A program made the position numbers and the translations under genes. Shown here in pieces: positions 34,938 through 44,515 of a DNA stretch of 64,000 bases. The stretch is taken from IMG/VR virus record IMGVR_UViG_3300029959_000704, positions 17,292 to 81,291 of that record; one strand, given 5' to 3'. Below the pieces are notes generated by a model that ran no database searches, had not been told where the DNA came from, and saw nothing but the letters and a program-made list of their open reading frames with translations. This DNA comes from a virus. Lineage: Duplodnaviria; Caudoviricetes. Each line of letters starts with the position of its first letter. The stretch's first letter is position 1.

Positions 34938-35956
34938 TGTTAACACAATCTTCATTATTAATCGCTACTTACTATCCTTCTGCAAGAAGTTTGCTGATAT
35001 TAGATAATACATCTATTACTGCCGCAATGGATAGAACTCTTACATTGCAATTACCTCCTATAAAAATAAATTTAGGAGATCCAAAAGGTCTTATACCTAT
35101 ATGTTATCCACTTACTTTTGGCTCTATATTAGGAAGTAATCCTAATAAAGATGTATTTCTATCAATTCCTTTTGCTGTACCAGTCTCTTCACTAGTTTCA
35201 GAACCTGGAGATTTAGGATGTTTATCAAGAGGAGTAGGTAAAGGAAGAGTATTTAACAATACAAGGACTTTGCATAATATATTTAGGAATACCTTACCTC
35301 TAGGTCTATCAACCATACTGTTAGGAGAACATGTATATTATGCAGGAAAAGGTTGCATCTTTGATAAGGATTTAAATCCTATAGTAATGAGCTATGTAAC
35401 AACTTCTTTTGTAAAGAAAGTTATAGCTGGTGCTTATACAAGTTCTGCAGGAAATGTAACTGTATCTCCTTCTGGGTATATTAATACAGCTATAAGTGAT
35501 ATAGAAAATATGGCATTAGTGGAAGAGTTACATATTAAAGTAAAATCTAATTACTCAATAGCTTCTTCTGGAATTCATATAAGTCTTAAAAATTGGATTA
35601 ATAAATTCCTAGGAGTAATAAATGATGAGATTTCTTCCGGTAGTAAGATTAAAGTAGAGTTGGTAAATGAATTTCCTTTTAGAGAATATGGCTTAAATAT
35701 TCCATATTTAGAAAAAAGGTATATCGCTAATTATGGTCAAATAACAAAGCCTGATTTTCTCTATAAAGAGATAGTAAAAAATATTTTATCAACACATGAC
35801 ACAGTCTCCATTGAAGAGCTACGAGAGGTTTTTAACCCAGACAGAGATGCAAGAATATTTGAACAGGATCTCCTTACAGATAATGCAGACACTTCCGAGT
35901 ATATCTGGCGTAAAATCTCTACAAATCTTGACTCCTCCAATACAAGCTCAGTTTAG
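34937..35956 (+). CDS. Conserved hypothetical protein translationally coupled to the E1
   Basis: TAATG overlap with the E1 stop; YYAGKGCIFDKDLNPIVM motif. Confidence 0.7.
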   Translation: MLTQSSLLIATYYPSARSLLILDNTSITAAMDRTLTLQLPPIKINLGDPKGLIPICYPLTFGSILGSNPNKDVFLSIPFAVPVSSLVSEPGDLGCLSRGVGKGRVFNNTRTLHNIFRNTLPLGLSTILLGEHVYYAGKGCIFDKDLNPIVMSYVTTSFVKKVIAGAYTSSAGNVTVSPSGYINTAISDIENMALVEELHIKVKSNYSIASSGIHISLKNWINKFLGVINDEISSGSKIKVELVNEFPFREYGLNIPYLEKRYIANYGQITKPDFLYKEIVKNILSTHDTVSIEELREVFNPDRDARIFEQDLLTDNADTSEYIWRKISTNLDSSNTSSV

Positions 35957-36494
35957 AGCATTTGAGCTATGTCCTGTAGATATACTTAAGATTGTGATAG
36001 TTGGTCAAGACCCCTATCCACAACCAGGATATGCTACAGGACTAGCTTTTGCTAATCCTAAAAATACACCAATAATTAGCCCTTCTTTAAAATTAATTAA
36101 AGATAGGATTGAGAAAGATTTTACACACTTGTATTCTCAACCTACTACTTTTGATATAACTTTAGAGTCTTGGGCTAGTCAAGGTGTATTACTTTTAAAT
36201 AGTGCCTTAACTGTTTTAAAAAATCAACCTGGTAGCCATTCAGATATATGGAATCCATTCATTTCTACCTTATTAACTAGACTTAGTAATGAGGGAGGGC
36301 TGATATTCCTTTTATTTGGAGCTACTGCAAGTAATATGAAATGTTTTTTAAATCCAAAAAATAATCATATATTTGCATATAAACATCCAGCCTATTATGC
36401 TAGAATCGGACAAGAACTTGAATGTGACGGTTTTATAAAAGCTAAAGCTCTCTTGCAAGAGAGAGGGCAGGATATACATTTTTTAAACACCTAG
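35796..36494 (+). CDS. ung: Uracil-DNA glycosylase, family 1 (true start may be slightly downstream)
   Basis: VIVGQDPYP, GLAF, WASQGVLLLNSALTV, SHS..W and HPAY motifs. Confidence 0.95.
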   Translation: MTQSPLKSYERFLTQTEMQEYLNRISLQIMQTLPSISGVKSLQILTPPIQAQFRAFELCPVDILKIVIVGQDPYPQPGYATGLAFANPKNTPIISPSLKLIKDRIEKDFTHLYSQPTTFDITLESWASQGVLLLNSALTVLKNQPGSHSDIWNPFISTLLTRLSNEGGLIFLLFGATASNMKCFLNPKNNHIFAYKHPAYYARIGQELECDGFIKAKALLQERGQDIHFLNT

Positions 36495-36496
36495 TT

Positions 36497-36943
36497 ATGG
36501 CAAATAAGTATAACAACAAACAGATTCTTTTTGAAGGAATTAATTTTAAAAGTCTTTTAGAGAAGAGGACATATGAAATTTTAAAAGAGGCAGGCTTTAG
36601 ACCTTTATATGAACCTTCTGCATATTCACTATTAAAACCATTTTCTTTAGGAGAGTCTGTTAAGTTATACAAACCATCTGGTAAGGAAAAGACTTTATCT
36701 TTATATAAAAGGAGTATTCAAGGTATTACTTACACACCTGATTTTGTTTTTGAATACAAAGGTCACTTAGTATTTTTTGACACAAAAGGTAAAGTAAATG
36801 ATACTTATCCTTTAAAGTTAAAAGCTTTTCTTTCTTTACAAGTAAAGACCTCAAAATTGCCGGTATTGTTTTTTGAGCCACACTCATTACGACAAGTAAA
36901 GCAAACAGTTGAGATCTTAAAAAACCTTCCATACCATAAATAA
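36497..36943 (+). CDS. PD-(D/E)xK endonuclease, DUF1064-like
   Basis: NKYNNK...GINFKSLLE...YTPDFVF...DTKG. Confidence 0.8.
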   Translation: MANKYNNKQILFEGINFKSLLEKRTYEILKEAGFRPLYEPSAYSLLKPFSLGESVKLYKPSGKEKTLSLYKRSIQGITYTPDFVFEYKGHLVFFDTKGKVNDTYPLKLKAFLSLQVKTSKLPVLFFEPHSLRQVKQTVEILKNLPYHK

Positions 36944-36944
36944 T

Positions 36945-37229
36945 ATGGGAAATTCTAATCTAGAAAGATTATTAGGAGCATCTTTTCCTGATAAACATAT
37001 GGGCAGAACAGTTCGTGGTTTATATATGAAAGGCTCCTTTCATACTTTGCAAAGTATAGTTAAGCAAGAAATTAAAGCTTGCGCATCCTCTATTGAATCA
37101 GATGAATTCAAAGACAAACCTACCTCAGTACAAAAATGCTTAGATAGACTTGATAATTTAGAATTGCTGAATGTAGAGATTTCCTATTTATTAAATTCTC
37201 GTCCAGAAGAAGAGGATTTTCAGGATTAA
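36945..37229 (+). CDS. Hypothetical protein
   Basis: ORF track. Confidence 0.65.
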   Translation: MGNSNLERLLGASFPDKHMGRTVRGLYMKGSFHTLQSIVKQEIKACASSIESDEFKDKPTSVQKCLDRLDNLELLNVEISYLLNSRPEEEDFQD

Positions 37230-37242
37230 TATTAAACTTGTT

Positions 37243-38274
37243 ATGACAAAAAAATCCTTAAAGAGTATCTCTTGGGATGTAACTGAAGAGCAGTATCGAT
37301 CAGATCCTGCTTTTTCTTATTCTCAAATAGCTACTTTTTTTAGAAAAGGGCCTGCATCTTTAATTAAGCAGGATAAAGAAGACACAGCTTCTTTAAGAGG
37401 GGGATCTTTAGTGGATACACTATTGACGGCTCCGGAAGAATTTAATGATAAATTCTTCGTATCATCTGTTCCAACACCGTCTGAAAATACGGTTGCTGTT
37501 TTAAATGAAATTTTAAAGCAAGGAATAGATACAAAAATTGATCTAGAGCATATTCCTGATAATGTAAAATTACAAGCTATGAACAAGCATGGATTTTACA
37601 ATTACTGGAAAGATCCTACTAGATTAAATAAACTAAATACTGATGGTTATGAGTATTATAGACTCTTGGCCTTAGGTACGATTAAAACTATTGTAAGTAC
37701 AGATGAAAAAGCAAAAGCTGATTTATGTGTACAAGCAATTATGGGTAATCCGACTACAAGCGTGTACTTTACAAACAATCCGTTTGATAAAGATACCGAA
37801 AATTTATATCAGTTAAAGTTCAAAACCAATTTTTCAGGACAAGATGTTAGATGTATGTTTGACATTATAAGAGTTGACCATAAGAACAAGTTAATCTTTC
37901 CAAGAGACTTGAAAACTACCGGTGAAAATGAAGAGCATTTTGAACATTCTTTCCTTAAATGGTGTTACTTTATACAAGGTGAATTATATACAGCTATCTT
38001 AAAACAAATTTTGTCAAATGATGAGTATTATAAAGATTTCACTGTAATGCCATTTGGATTTCTAGTAGTTAATAAAGATAATCTATCTCCGATGGAGTGG
38101 ATTATTACAGAGGAAACATCTGCAGCTTTAAGCAATGCAGGTTATCCAACTACTTGGGAATTAATTTCAGAAATGCGATGGCACTTTTTATCAGGTGTTT
38201 TTAAGTATAAAAAAGATACTTATGAGAGCAACTTTAGTAAAACATTAACTCTTAAATTCTTGAAAAATGAATAG
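37243..38274 (+). CDS. PD-(D/E)xK exonuclease (RecE/Exo VIII-like)
   Basis: FSYS, GSLVDTLL, CMFD..RVD, DLKTTG and Y.IQ..LY motifs. Confidence 0.8.
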   Translation: MTKKSLKSISWDVTEEQYRSDPAFSYSQIATFFRKGPASLIKQDKEDTASLRGGSLVDTLLTAPEEFNDKFFVSSVPTPSENTVAVLNEILKQGIDTKIDLEHIPDNVKLQAMNKHGFYNYWKDPTRLNKLNTDGYEYYRLLALGTIKTIVSTDEKAKADLCVQAIMGNPTTSVYFTNNPFDKDTENLYQLKFKTNFSGQDVRCMFDIIRVDHKNKLIFPRDLKTTGENEEHFEHSFLKWCYFIQGELYTAILKQILSNDEYYKDFTVMPFGFLVVNKDNLSPMEWIITEETSAALSNAGYPTTWELISEMRWHFLSGVFKYKKDTYESNFSKTLTLKFLKNE

Positions 38275-40804
38275 TTTAAATTTATTAACTGAACAAGAAA
38301 GAATAGATCTCCTTAAATATTTTGAAGGAGATGAATTAGCAGCTATTGTATGGTTAGACAAATATGCATTAAAAGATGAAGATGGTTCAGTAATTGAAAC
38401 CCTTCCATCAGATATGCATTGGAGAATGGCTAAACAGTTTGCTAAAGCTGAACTTAATAATCCAAAAATTCCATTTTATAAAAGAAAGAAATTATCTAAA
38501 TATGGCAGAGAAAGATTCTCTAGTAGATATACCGCACAAGATTTCTATACACTATTAGAAAATTTTAAAGGTATTATTCCTGGTGGGTCTATGATGTCTA
38601 ATCTTGGTAATCCAGGCTATGGATCAACTTCAAATTGCTTTTTTGTAGCATTAGAAGATGACTCCATGGAAGCTATCTTTAAAGTAGGAGCTCAATTAGC
38701 TTCAATCTTTAAATATAGAGGGGGTTGTGGAATAAATATTTCTAAATTAAGACCTGCAGGTGCCAATGTACATAACAGTGCAAAGACATCTTCCGGTGCT
38801 GTAAGTTTTGCACCTTTATTTAGTGAAGTTGCAAGAGTTGTAGGACAAGAAGGGCGTAGGGCTGCATTGATGGTATCAATAAGTAGTGATCACCCAGATG
38901 TTTTAGAATTCATTAGAGCTAAACAAAATCAAGCTGCAGTAACTACAGCAAATATTTCTGTCCAAATGTCAGATGAATTTATGATGGCTGCCCTGAGAAA
39001 TAGAGACTATTTCTTAAGATGGTCTAAAAAAGATGGAACTGATTTTGAACCAGCTGAATATGGGATAGAATTATCAGACCTTGAGTATGATAAATTAATG
39101 TATTTCCCTGAATTTGACATCTATATTAAAAAAGTAAAAGCTAAAGAAATCTATGATGAATTAGTTAAAAATGCACATGCTACAGCTGAGCCTGGTATTC
39201 TATTTTGGAATACAACTCTTGACTATAGTTTAAGTGCATATTATCCTCAATATAGAGAACAAGGTACGAATCCTTGTGGAGAAATTCCATTAGCTGATAA
39301 AGATGCATGCAGATTATTTGCATTAAACCTGAGTACTATACTTCATTCTGATTTATATATGATGGCTTATGAACAATTAGTTATGGCAGACTTATCAATT
39401 GATATAGAAGATAAAAGGATACAAGCTATACTTGATAAAATTGGAGATAAAAAATCAATTGAGTATCAACTATGGAAAGGTATCAAAGAAACTGCTATAA
39501 GTGGTAGAAGAGTTGGTTGTGGCATTACAGGTCTTTTTGAAGTAATTTCAAGAAAACTTAAAAATACTTTACAAAATGAAGAAGATGTTATTAGATTAGT
39601 GGATGCTATCTTTAAAACAAAGATGGAGGCTGAACTAGATGCTACAATTGACTTAGCAATTTTGAAAGGAACTTTTAAAGGCTATACTTCTAAAGAGTGT
39701 GGTGGAATGATTGATCTCATACGAGAACATTTTCCAGAACAACACAAGAGGATGCAAAAATATGGCAGACGAAATGTATCATTTAGTACTATAGCTCCTA
39801 CGGGAACTATAAGCGTATTAACGGGTACCACTTCAGGTATTGAACCATTATTTGCACCTTATTATATCAGGAGAAAAAAAGTAACTACTACATCTACTAA
39901 AGTAGATAATATAGATGTAGATGGAGAAAAGTTTACTAATCATTATGTTGTACATAAAGGTCTTATTCAGTATGCTAAAATGCGTGGATATGAAATTAAT
40001 GAATCAACTAATTGGGAAAAAATCTTCAATGAATCTTATTATAAAAATTGGACTTCTGCAGATATAAATCCTGATTTACGGATTAAAATACAATCAGTAG
40101 CTCAAACTTATACTACACATAGTATAAGTTCAACTTTAAATCTACCAGAATCTACGCCAATTTCTACTGTAGAAGACATCTTTAATTCAGCTTTTGTAAA
40201 TAATCTAAAAGGTGTCACTATCTACAGAGAGGGTAGTAGAAGTGGAGTCTTGGTTACTCAAGACTCAAAACCAAAAGTGGATTTTCCACAACACGACGCT
40301 CCTAAAAGGCCTCAAACCTTACAAGGAGAATTGCATATTGCAAAAGCTCAAGGAGAAACATACGCAGTAATTATAGGTTTACTGGAAGGTAAACCATATG
40401 AAGTATTTGCAGCATTATCTCAAGACTATAAACCTCAGAAGGGACAGATTGTGAAGATTAAAAGAGGTGTTTATAGATGGATTGGTGCCGATGGAACAAT
40501 AATTGAAAATCTTAATATACTTTCAGAATTTTCTACTGAAAGAATGTTAACTTTAACAATATCAATGTTACTAAGACATGGTGCTAAAATTCCTTTTGTA
40601 ATTAATGTAATTAAAAAAGCAGATGGTAATATTAGCTCCTTTACTTCGACCATCTGTAGAGTACTATCAAAGTATGTACAAAAAGAAGAGACTGGTGAAA
40701 CTTGTCCAGAATGCGGAGAAAAATTAATCAGAGAAGCAGGTTGTACTAAATGTACAAACTGTTCTTATTCAATATGTATGATTGCGTATGAAATTGAAAA
40801 TTAA
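38267..40804 (+). CDS. nrdJ: Class II (adenosylcobalamin-dependent) ribonucleotide reductase
   Basis: PGGSMM, SNCF, QEGRRAALM, ANISV, AEPG, TNPCGEIPL, TIAPTGT, GVTIYREGSR, C-terminal zinc ribbon; no beta-subunit gene nearby. Confidence 0.92.
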   Translation: MNSLNLLTEQERIDLLKYFEGDELAAIVWLDKYALKDEDGSVIETLPSDMHWRMAKQFAKAELNNPKIPFYKRKKLSKYGRERFSSRYTAQDFYTLLENFKGIIPGGSMMSNLGNPGYGSTSNCFFVALEDDSMEAIFKVGAQLASIFKYRGGCGINISKLRPAGANVHNSAKTSSGAVSFAPLFSEVARVVGQEGRRAALMVSISSDHPDVLEFIRAKQNQAAVTTANISVQMSDEFMMAALRNRDYFLRWSKKDGTDFEPAEYGIELSDLEYDKLMYFPEFDIYIKKVKAKEIYDELVKNAHATAEPGILFWNTTLDYSLSAYYPQYREQGTNPCGEIPLADKDACRLFALNLSTILHSDLYMMAYEQLVMADLSIDIEDKRIQAILDKIGDKKSIEYQLWKGIKETAISGRRVGCGITGLFEVISRKLKNTLQNEEDVIRLVDAIFKTKMEAELDATIDLAILKGTFKGYTSKECGGMIDLIREHFPEQHKRMQKYGRRNVSFSTIAPTGTISVLTGTTSGIEPLFAPYYIRRKKVTTTSTKVDNIDVDGEKFTNHYVVHKGLIQYAKMRGYEINESTNWEKIFNESYYKNWTSADINPDLRIKIQSVAQTYTTHSISSTLNLPESTPISTVEDIFNSAFVNNLKGVTIYREGSRSGVLVTQDSKPKVDFPQHDAPKRPQTLQGELHIAKAQGETYAVIIGLLEGKPYEVFAALSQDYKPQKGQIVKIKRGVYRWIGADGTIIENLNILSEFSTERMLTLTISMLLRHGAKIPFVINVIKKADGNISSFTSTICRVLSKYVQKEETGETCPECGEKLIREAGCTKCTNCSYSICMIAYEIEN

Positions 40805-41291
40805 ATATAAAGTAACAACTCCTGAATGTGCCCCGGTGATTAACGAACAAGGTGAATGGTTTGATTTAACTGTATCAGAAAACAGTATATTTCCAGCACC
40901 TTTTCTTGACCAAACCGGTAAAGTACAGTTTAGACAGAATTTAGTAAAACTAGGAATTGCAATGGAATTACCTAAAGGTGTTGAAGCCTTGATAGTTCCT
41001 AGAAGTAGTACTTTCCATAAGAAAGGATTGCTTCAAACTAATTCTCCTGGTATAATAGATTCATCTTATTCAGGCAATGAAGATGAATGGAAGTTCCCAG
41101 CCATTTCATTCAGAGCTGGTATTATAAATAAGGGAGACAGAATCTGTCAGTTCCGACTACAACCATCACAAAGAGCATCTATTTGGACCAAACTCAAGTG
41201 GCTATTTATTACAAATATTGAATTTGTAGAAGTAGAGTCACTTGAAAAACCCAATCGTGGAGGATTCGGTTCCACAAAAGGATATAAATAG
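40788..41291 (+). CDS. dut: Trimeric dUTPase
   Basis: FDL, IVPRSS, GIIDSSYSG, GDRICQF and RGGFGST motifs. Confidence 0.93.
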   Translation: MKLKIKYKVTTPECAPVINEQGEWFDLTVSENSIFPAPFLDQTGKVQFRQNLVKLGIAMELPKGVEALIVPRSSTFHKKGLLQTNSPGIIDSSYSGNEDEWKFPAISFRAGIINKGDRICQFRLQPSQRASIWTKLKWLFITNIEFVEVESLEKPNRGGFGSTKGYK

Positions 41292-41299
41292 ATAAGTGT

Positions 41300-41851
41300 A
41301 TGACTATATATGAATTTATGCTTGGAGCTGCAGCTTTAGTACTACTATTAATTACTTTAATATATAACAAAAAAGAAGACATTTCTAAAAAACCTTATAC
41401 AGTTTCTTTTAAGAACATTTATAAGGGAACAAAAGTGCCTTTAATTAGGTTAAAATTTAAAGGAAAGTTCTATTATTTTTTAGTAGATACAGGAGCAAAT
41501 ACAAGCATAATTGACTCCAGATTTTATGAGACCCTTCCAGCTGAAATTAAAAACTTGGCAATGGAAGAAGATGTACAAATTACCGGTATAGGTGATAGTA
41601 TTGATACAATTGATGGTAAAGAAAAAGTTGTTAGAAGGCAATCACAAACGCAATCAATAGCTTTGGATTTATCATTTGGTCCATATAAATACAAAAATAC
41701 AATATTCATCATTGCGGATCTGAGGGCTCCATTTTCGCAACTTGAAAGAGTTACACAAGAACCTGTTGTAGGATTACTTGGAACAGATTTCATAAAAAAA
41801 TACAAGTGGATTATTGATTTTGAATCAATGTTCATTAGTATGCCGAACTAA
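41300..41851 (+). CDS. Membrane-anchored retropepsin-like aspartic protease
   Basis: N-terminal TM; FLVDTGANTSIID and GLLGTDFI motifs. Confidence 0.85.
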   Translation: MTIYEFMLGAAALVLLLITLIYNKKEDISKKPYTVSFKNIYKGTKVPLIRLKFKGKFYYFLVDTGANTSIIDSRFYETLPAEIKNLAMEEDVQITGIGDSIDTIDGKEKVVRRQSQTQSIALDLSFGPYKYKNTIFIIADLRAPFSQLERVTQEPVVGLLGTDFIKKYKWIIDFESMFISMPN

Positions 41852-41862
41852 CAAACAAAAAT

Positions 41863-43899
41863 ATGAGATATTTAGTTACAAATCAACCAGCTTTATTTGA
41901 TAATTCAAATATAGAAGAGTTGTATGACTATCATATAATATCTCCTCAGGAATGTTTACGACGTATTGATTCTCTTACATTAATTGGATTAGACACTGAA
42001 ACTAAAGGATTTGATCCATATACAAAATCACTTTTGTGCTTTCAACTAGGTGATAAAGATAATCAATATGTCGTAGATATGACTGTAGATATTCAGCTAT
42101 TTAAGAATTTTCTTGAAGATACAAAGAGAACATTTATATTGCATAATGCTAAATTTGACTTAAGATTTTTCCTTCATTTACGTATTGTAATTACTAATGT
42201 ATTTGATACTTACTTGGCAGAAAAGATTCTATATCTTGGATATCCTCCTGGAGTACATGAGATGAGTTTGAAAGCTTGTTGTGAAAGATATCTTAATGTG
42301 ACCCTAGATAAAGAGATTCGAGGTGTTATACATAGAGAAGGATTAAGTGCTAGAGTGATTAAATATGCAGCTGATGATGTTAAATATATAGTTGAGCTAT
42401 ATGCCGAGCAAATGAAAGCTCTTGCCGAAAAAGACCTTATTAAGGCTATTGAGGTAGAGAATAAGTTTGTTGTAGTACTTGCTTATATAGAATATTCAGG
42501 AATAAAATTGGATATTCAAAAATGGAAAGATAAAATGGCTACAGATAAAGCTGCTTTTGATAAAGCTAAAGAAACTTTAGATACTTGGGTTTTACAAAAT
42601 GCAGATGATGAATTTATTTCACAAGACTTACAAGGAGATCTATTCTTAGGATATTCTCCAAAGAAATGTGGAATATCTTGGTCTTCTCCAAAACAAGTTA
42701 TTCCTCTATTTGAATCACTTGGATTTAATCTTATAGTTAAAGATAAAAAGACTGGTATATTGAAAAAGTCAGTAGAGGCTAAAGTAATTGAACCTCAATT
42801 GAAAATTTCACCATTAGCTTCTTTATATCTGGATTATAAACAAGCTGAGAAAGTTATATCTACTTATGGACAGACATTTCTTGATCAGATTAATCCGGTA
42901 TCAGGACGAATTCACACTCAATACAATCAACTTATGGATACAACCAGATTAAGTTCTGGTGGTAAAAATAAAGATACTGGTGAGGAGTATATTAATCTTC
43001 AGAACATTCCTTCAGATGAAATTACTAGAGCTTGCTTTGTATCATCACCTGGACACGTGTTAATTGATTGTGATTATACTGCTCAAGAAGATTTGATATT
43101 TACAGAATTGAGTAAAGAAACTAAGCTGATTGAATTCTATAATAGTAAGGAGAAGAGGGATGGCCATAGTTTTGTAGCAAAAATGTGTTTTCCAAAAGAC
43201 TTAGATGGAGTACCTGAGTTAGAAGTAAAAGGGAAATTTCCTAAATTAAGATCTGATGCAAAGAAAGCTAAATTTGCGATACATTATGGTGGAAATGGTT
43301 CTACTATTGCAAGAAATCTTAGTTTACCTCTTGAATTAGGAAATGCTATTGAAAAATCTTACTTAACAAGTTTTCCAGGTATTCATAATTACTTTAAACA
43401 AGTTAAAAAAGAAGCTTGGGAAAGAGGTTATATATTATTATCACCTATTACAAAACATAAGCATTATATCTACAATTGGAAAGAATTGCAGGATACTCAA
43501 AAATCTATGGATCAGACTTTCTGGGAATTATATAGAACTGAAAAACAACTTGACTCTCCATTATTTAAGAATGAACTTAAACCAATGGTTACTCAATTTG
43601 TACAACAAAAAGGTTCTATAGAAAGACATGCTATGAATTATCCAGTGCAGGGTAGTTCTGCAATTATGACTAAAGTAGCGGGAGTATTTTTCTTCAATTA
43701 CTTAAAGCAAAATAATTTACTATTCAAAGTATGGATATGTAATGCAGTTCATGATGAATTATTAGTAGAAGCTCCGGAAGATATAAAAGATTCTGTAGCT
43801 AATGCTTTACAATGGTCCATGGAATATGCTGGCACCATATTTTGTAAAGTAGTTAAACTAAAAGCTGTTCCTGAAATGGCTACTTATTGGATACATTAA
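41863..43899 (+). CDS. polA: Family A DNA polymerase (3'-5' exonuclease plus polymerase)
   Basis: Exo I LDTET, Exo II HNAKFD, Exo III YAADD; motif A DCDYTAQE, motif B RSDAKKAKFAIHYG, motif C VHDE. Confidence 0.95.
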   Translation: MRYLVTNQPALFDNSNIEELYDYHIISPQECLRRIDSLTLIGLDTETKGFDPYTKSLLCFQLGDKDNQYVVDMTVDIQLFKNFLEDTKRTFILHNAKFDLRFFLHLRIVITNVFDTYLAEKILYLGYPPGVHEMSLKACCERYLNVTLDKEIRGVIHREGLSARVIKYAADDVKYIVELYAEQMKALAEKDLIKAIEVENKFVVVLAYIEYSGIKLDIQKWKDKMATDKAAFDKAKETLDTWVLQNADDEFISQDLQGDLFLGYSPKKCGISWSSPKQVIPLFESLGFNLIVKDKKTGILKKSVEAKVIEPQLKISPLASLYLDYKQAEKVISTYGQTFLDQINPVSGRIHTQYNQLMDTTRLSSGGKNKDTGEEYINLQNIPSDEITRACFVSSPGHVLIDCDYTAQEDLIFTELSKETKLIEFYNSKEKRDGHSFVAKMCFPKDLDGVPELEVKGKFPKLRSDAKKAKFAIHYGGNGSTIARNLSLPLELGNAIEKSYLTSFPGIHNYFKQVKKEAWERGYILLSPITKHKHYIYNWKELQDTQKSMDQTFWELYRTEKQLDSPLFKNELKPMVTQFVQQKGSIERHAMNYPVQGSSAIMTKVAGVFFFNYLKQNNLLFKVWICNAVHDELLVEAPEDIKDSVANALQWSMEYAGTIFCKVVKLKAVPEMATYWIH

Positions 43900-43900
43900 T

Positions 43901-44119
43901 ATGCTTACAATACATTCATCCTTAACGCTTATTGAAAAAGGTGAACTCCCTATTATATTACAAACGAGAATTGTAACTATATTAGGGTTTTTACCTATTT
44001 ATAAAAATATTCGGGAAACTCAAGCTAATATAGCACAAAGTGACCCAGAAACTCAACCTCCTACAGTTAAAAAAATTGGATACTCTAACAATGTAGAAAT
44101 AAAAGAACCAAATGACTAG
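43901..44119 (+). CDS. Hypothetical protein
   Basis: ORF track. Confidence 0.55.
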   Translation: MLTIHSSLTLIEKGELPIILQTRIVTILGFLPIYKNIRETQANIAQSDPETQPPTVKKIGYSNNVEIKEPND

Positions 44120-44426
44120 TATTACTTATACCCAATTTAAAGAGCAATTTAAGCCTGTTAAAAACCCTATAAATCCAGTAGGTCCTTATGAAGGGACTCT
44201 ATTTGATAAGGGAAATCCAGCCTTAATAGCTGCTAATCTTCAGATAAAAAGAGTCTGGAGTGTTATCCAAAAAACTGAAATTCTGGCCGATGTAGATTCT
44301 ACTGAAGTAGTAACTTGTTATCTTACTACAGGAGTAGTTGTAAATCCAGGATTACTTGGATATATGGTAACAGAATTACCATACATTGACCCTAATACGA
44401 CAGTTACAGGAGTCCCTGTAATTTAA
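44112..44426 (+). CDS. Hypothetical protein
   Basis: ORF track; last rightward gene. Confidence 0.65.
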   Translation: MTSITYTQFKEQFKPVKNPINPVGPYEGTLFDKGNPALIAANLQIKRVWSVIQKTEILADVDSTEVVTCYLTTGVVVNPGLLGYMVTELPYIDPNTTVTGVPVI

Positions 44427-44434
44427 GACAACGA

Positions 44435-44463
44435 TAGCCTGTACTAAACATACAGGCTATTTA
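44435..44463. terminator. Hairpin terminator at the convergence of the two gene blocks
   Basis: ATAGCCTGTA-CTAAACA-TACAGGCTAT between convergent ORFs. Confidence 0.75.
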
Positions 44464-44511
44464 TTGTCCTTATAAAAAATTTGTCCCTCTGGTTGTCCTT
44501 ATAAAAAATTT
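44464..44511. repeat. Two exact 19-bp direct repeats
   Basis: TTGTCCTTATAAAAAATTT at 44464-44482 and 44493-44511 with a 10-bp spacer. Confidence 0.85.
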
Positions 44512-44515
44512 AATC

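Noticed and set aside
35796-35956. 161-nt overlap of UDG with the upstream ORF as a special dual-coding region
   Set aside because: A later in-frame start (e.g. ATG near 35847) would shrink it and the UDG N-terminus is poorly conserved. Insufficient evidence.
37243-38274. Cas4 or CRISPR association
   Set aside because: The four-Cys Fe-S motif is missing and no repeat-spacer array is visible anywhere in the window.
38267-43899. Inteins or introns in RNR or PolA (DnaB at 24894 also checked)
   Set aside because: Lengths are ordinary, motifs are contiguous, and there are no C...HN splice signatures or LAGLIDADG blocks.
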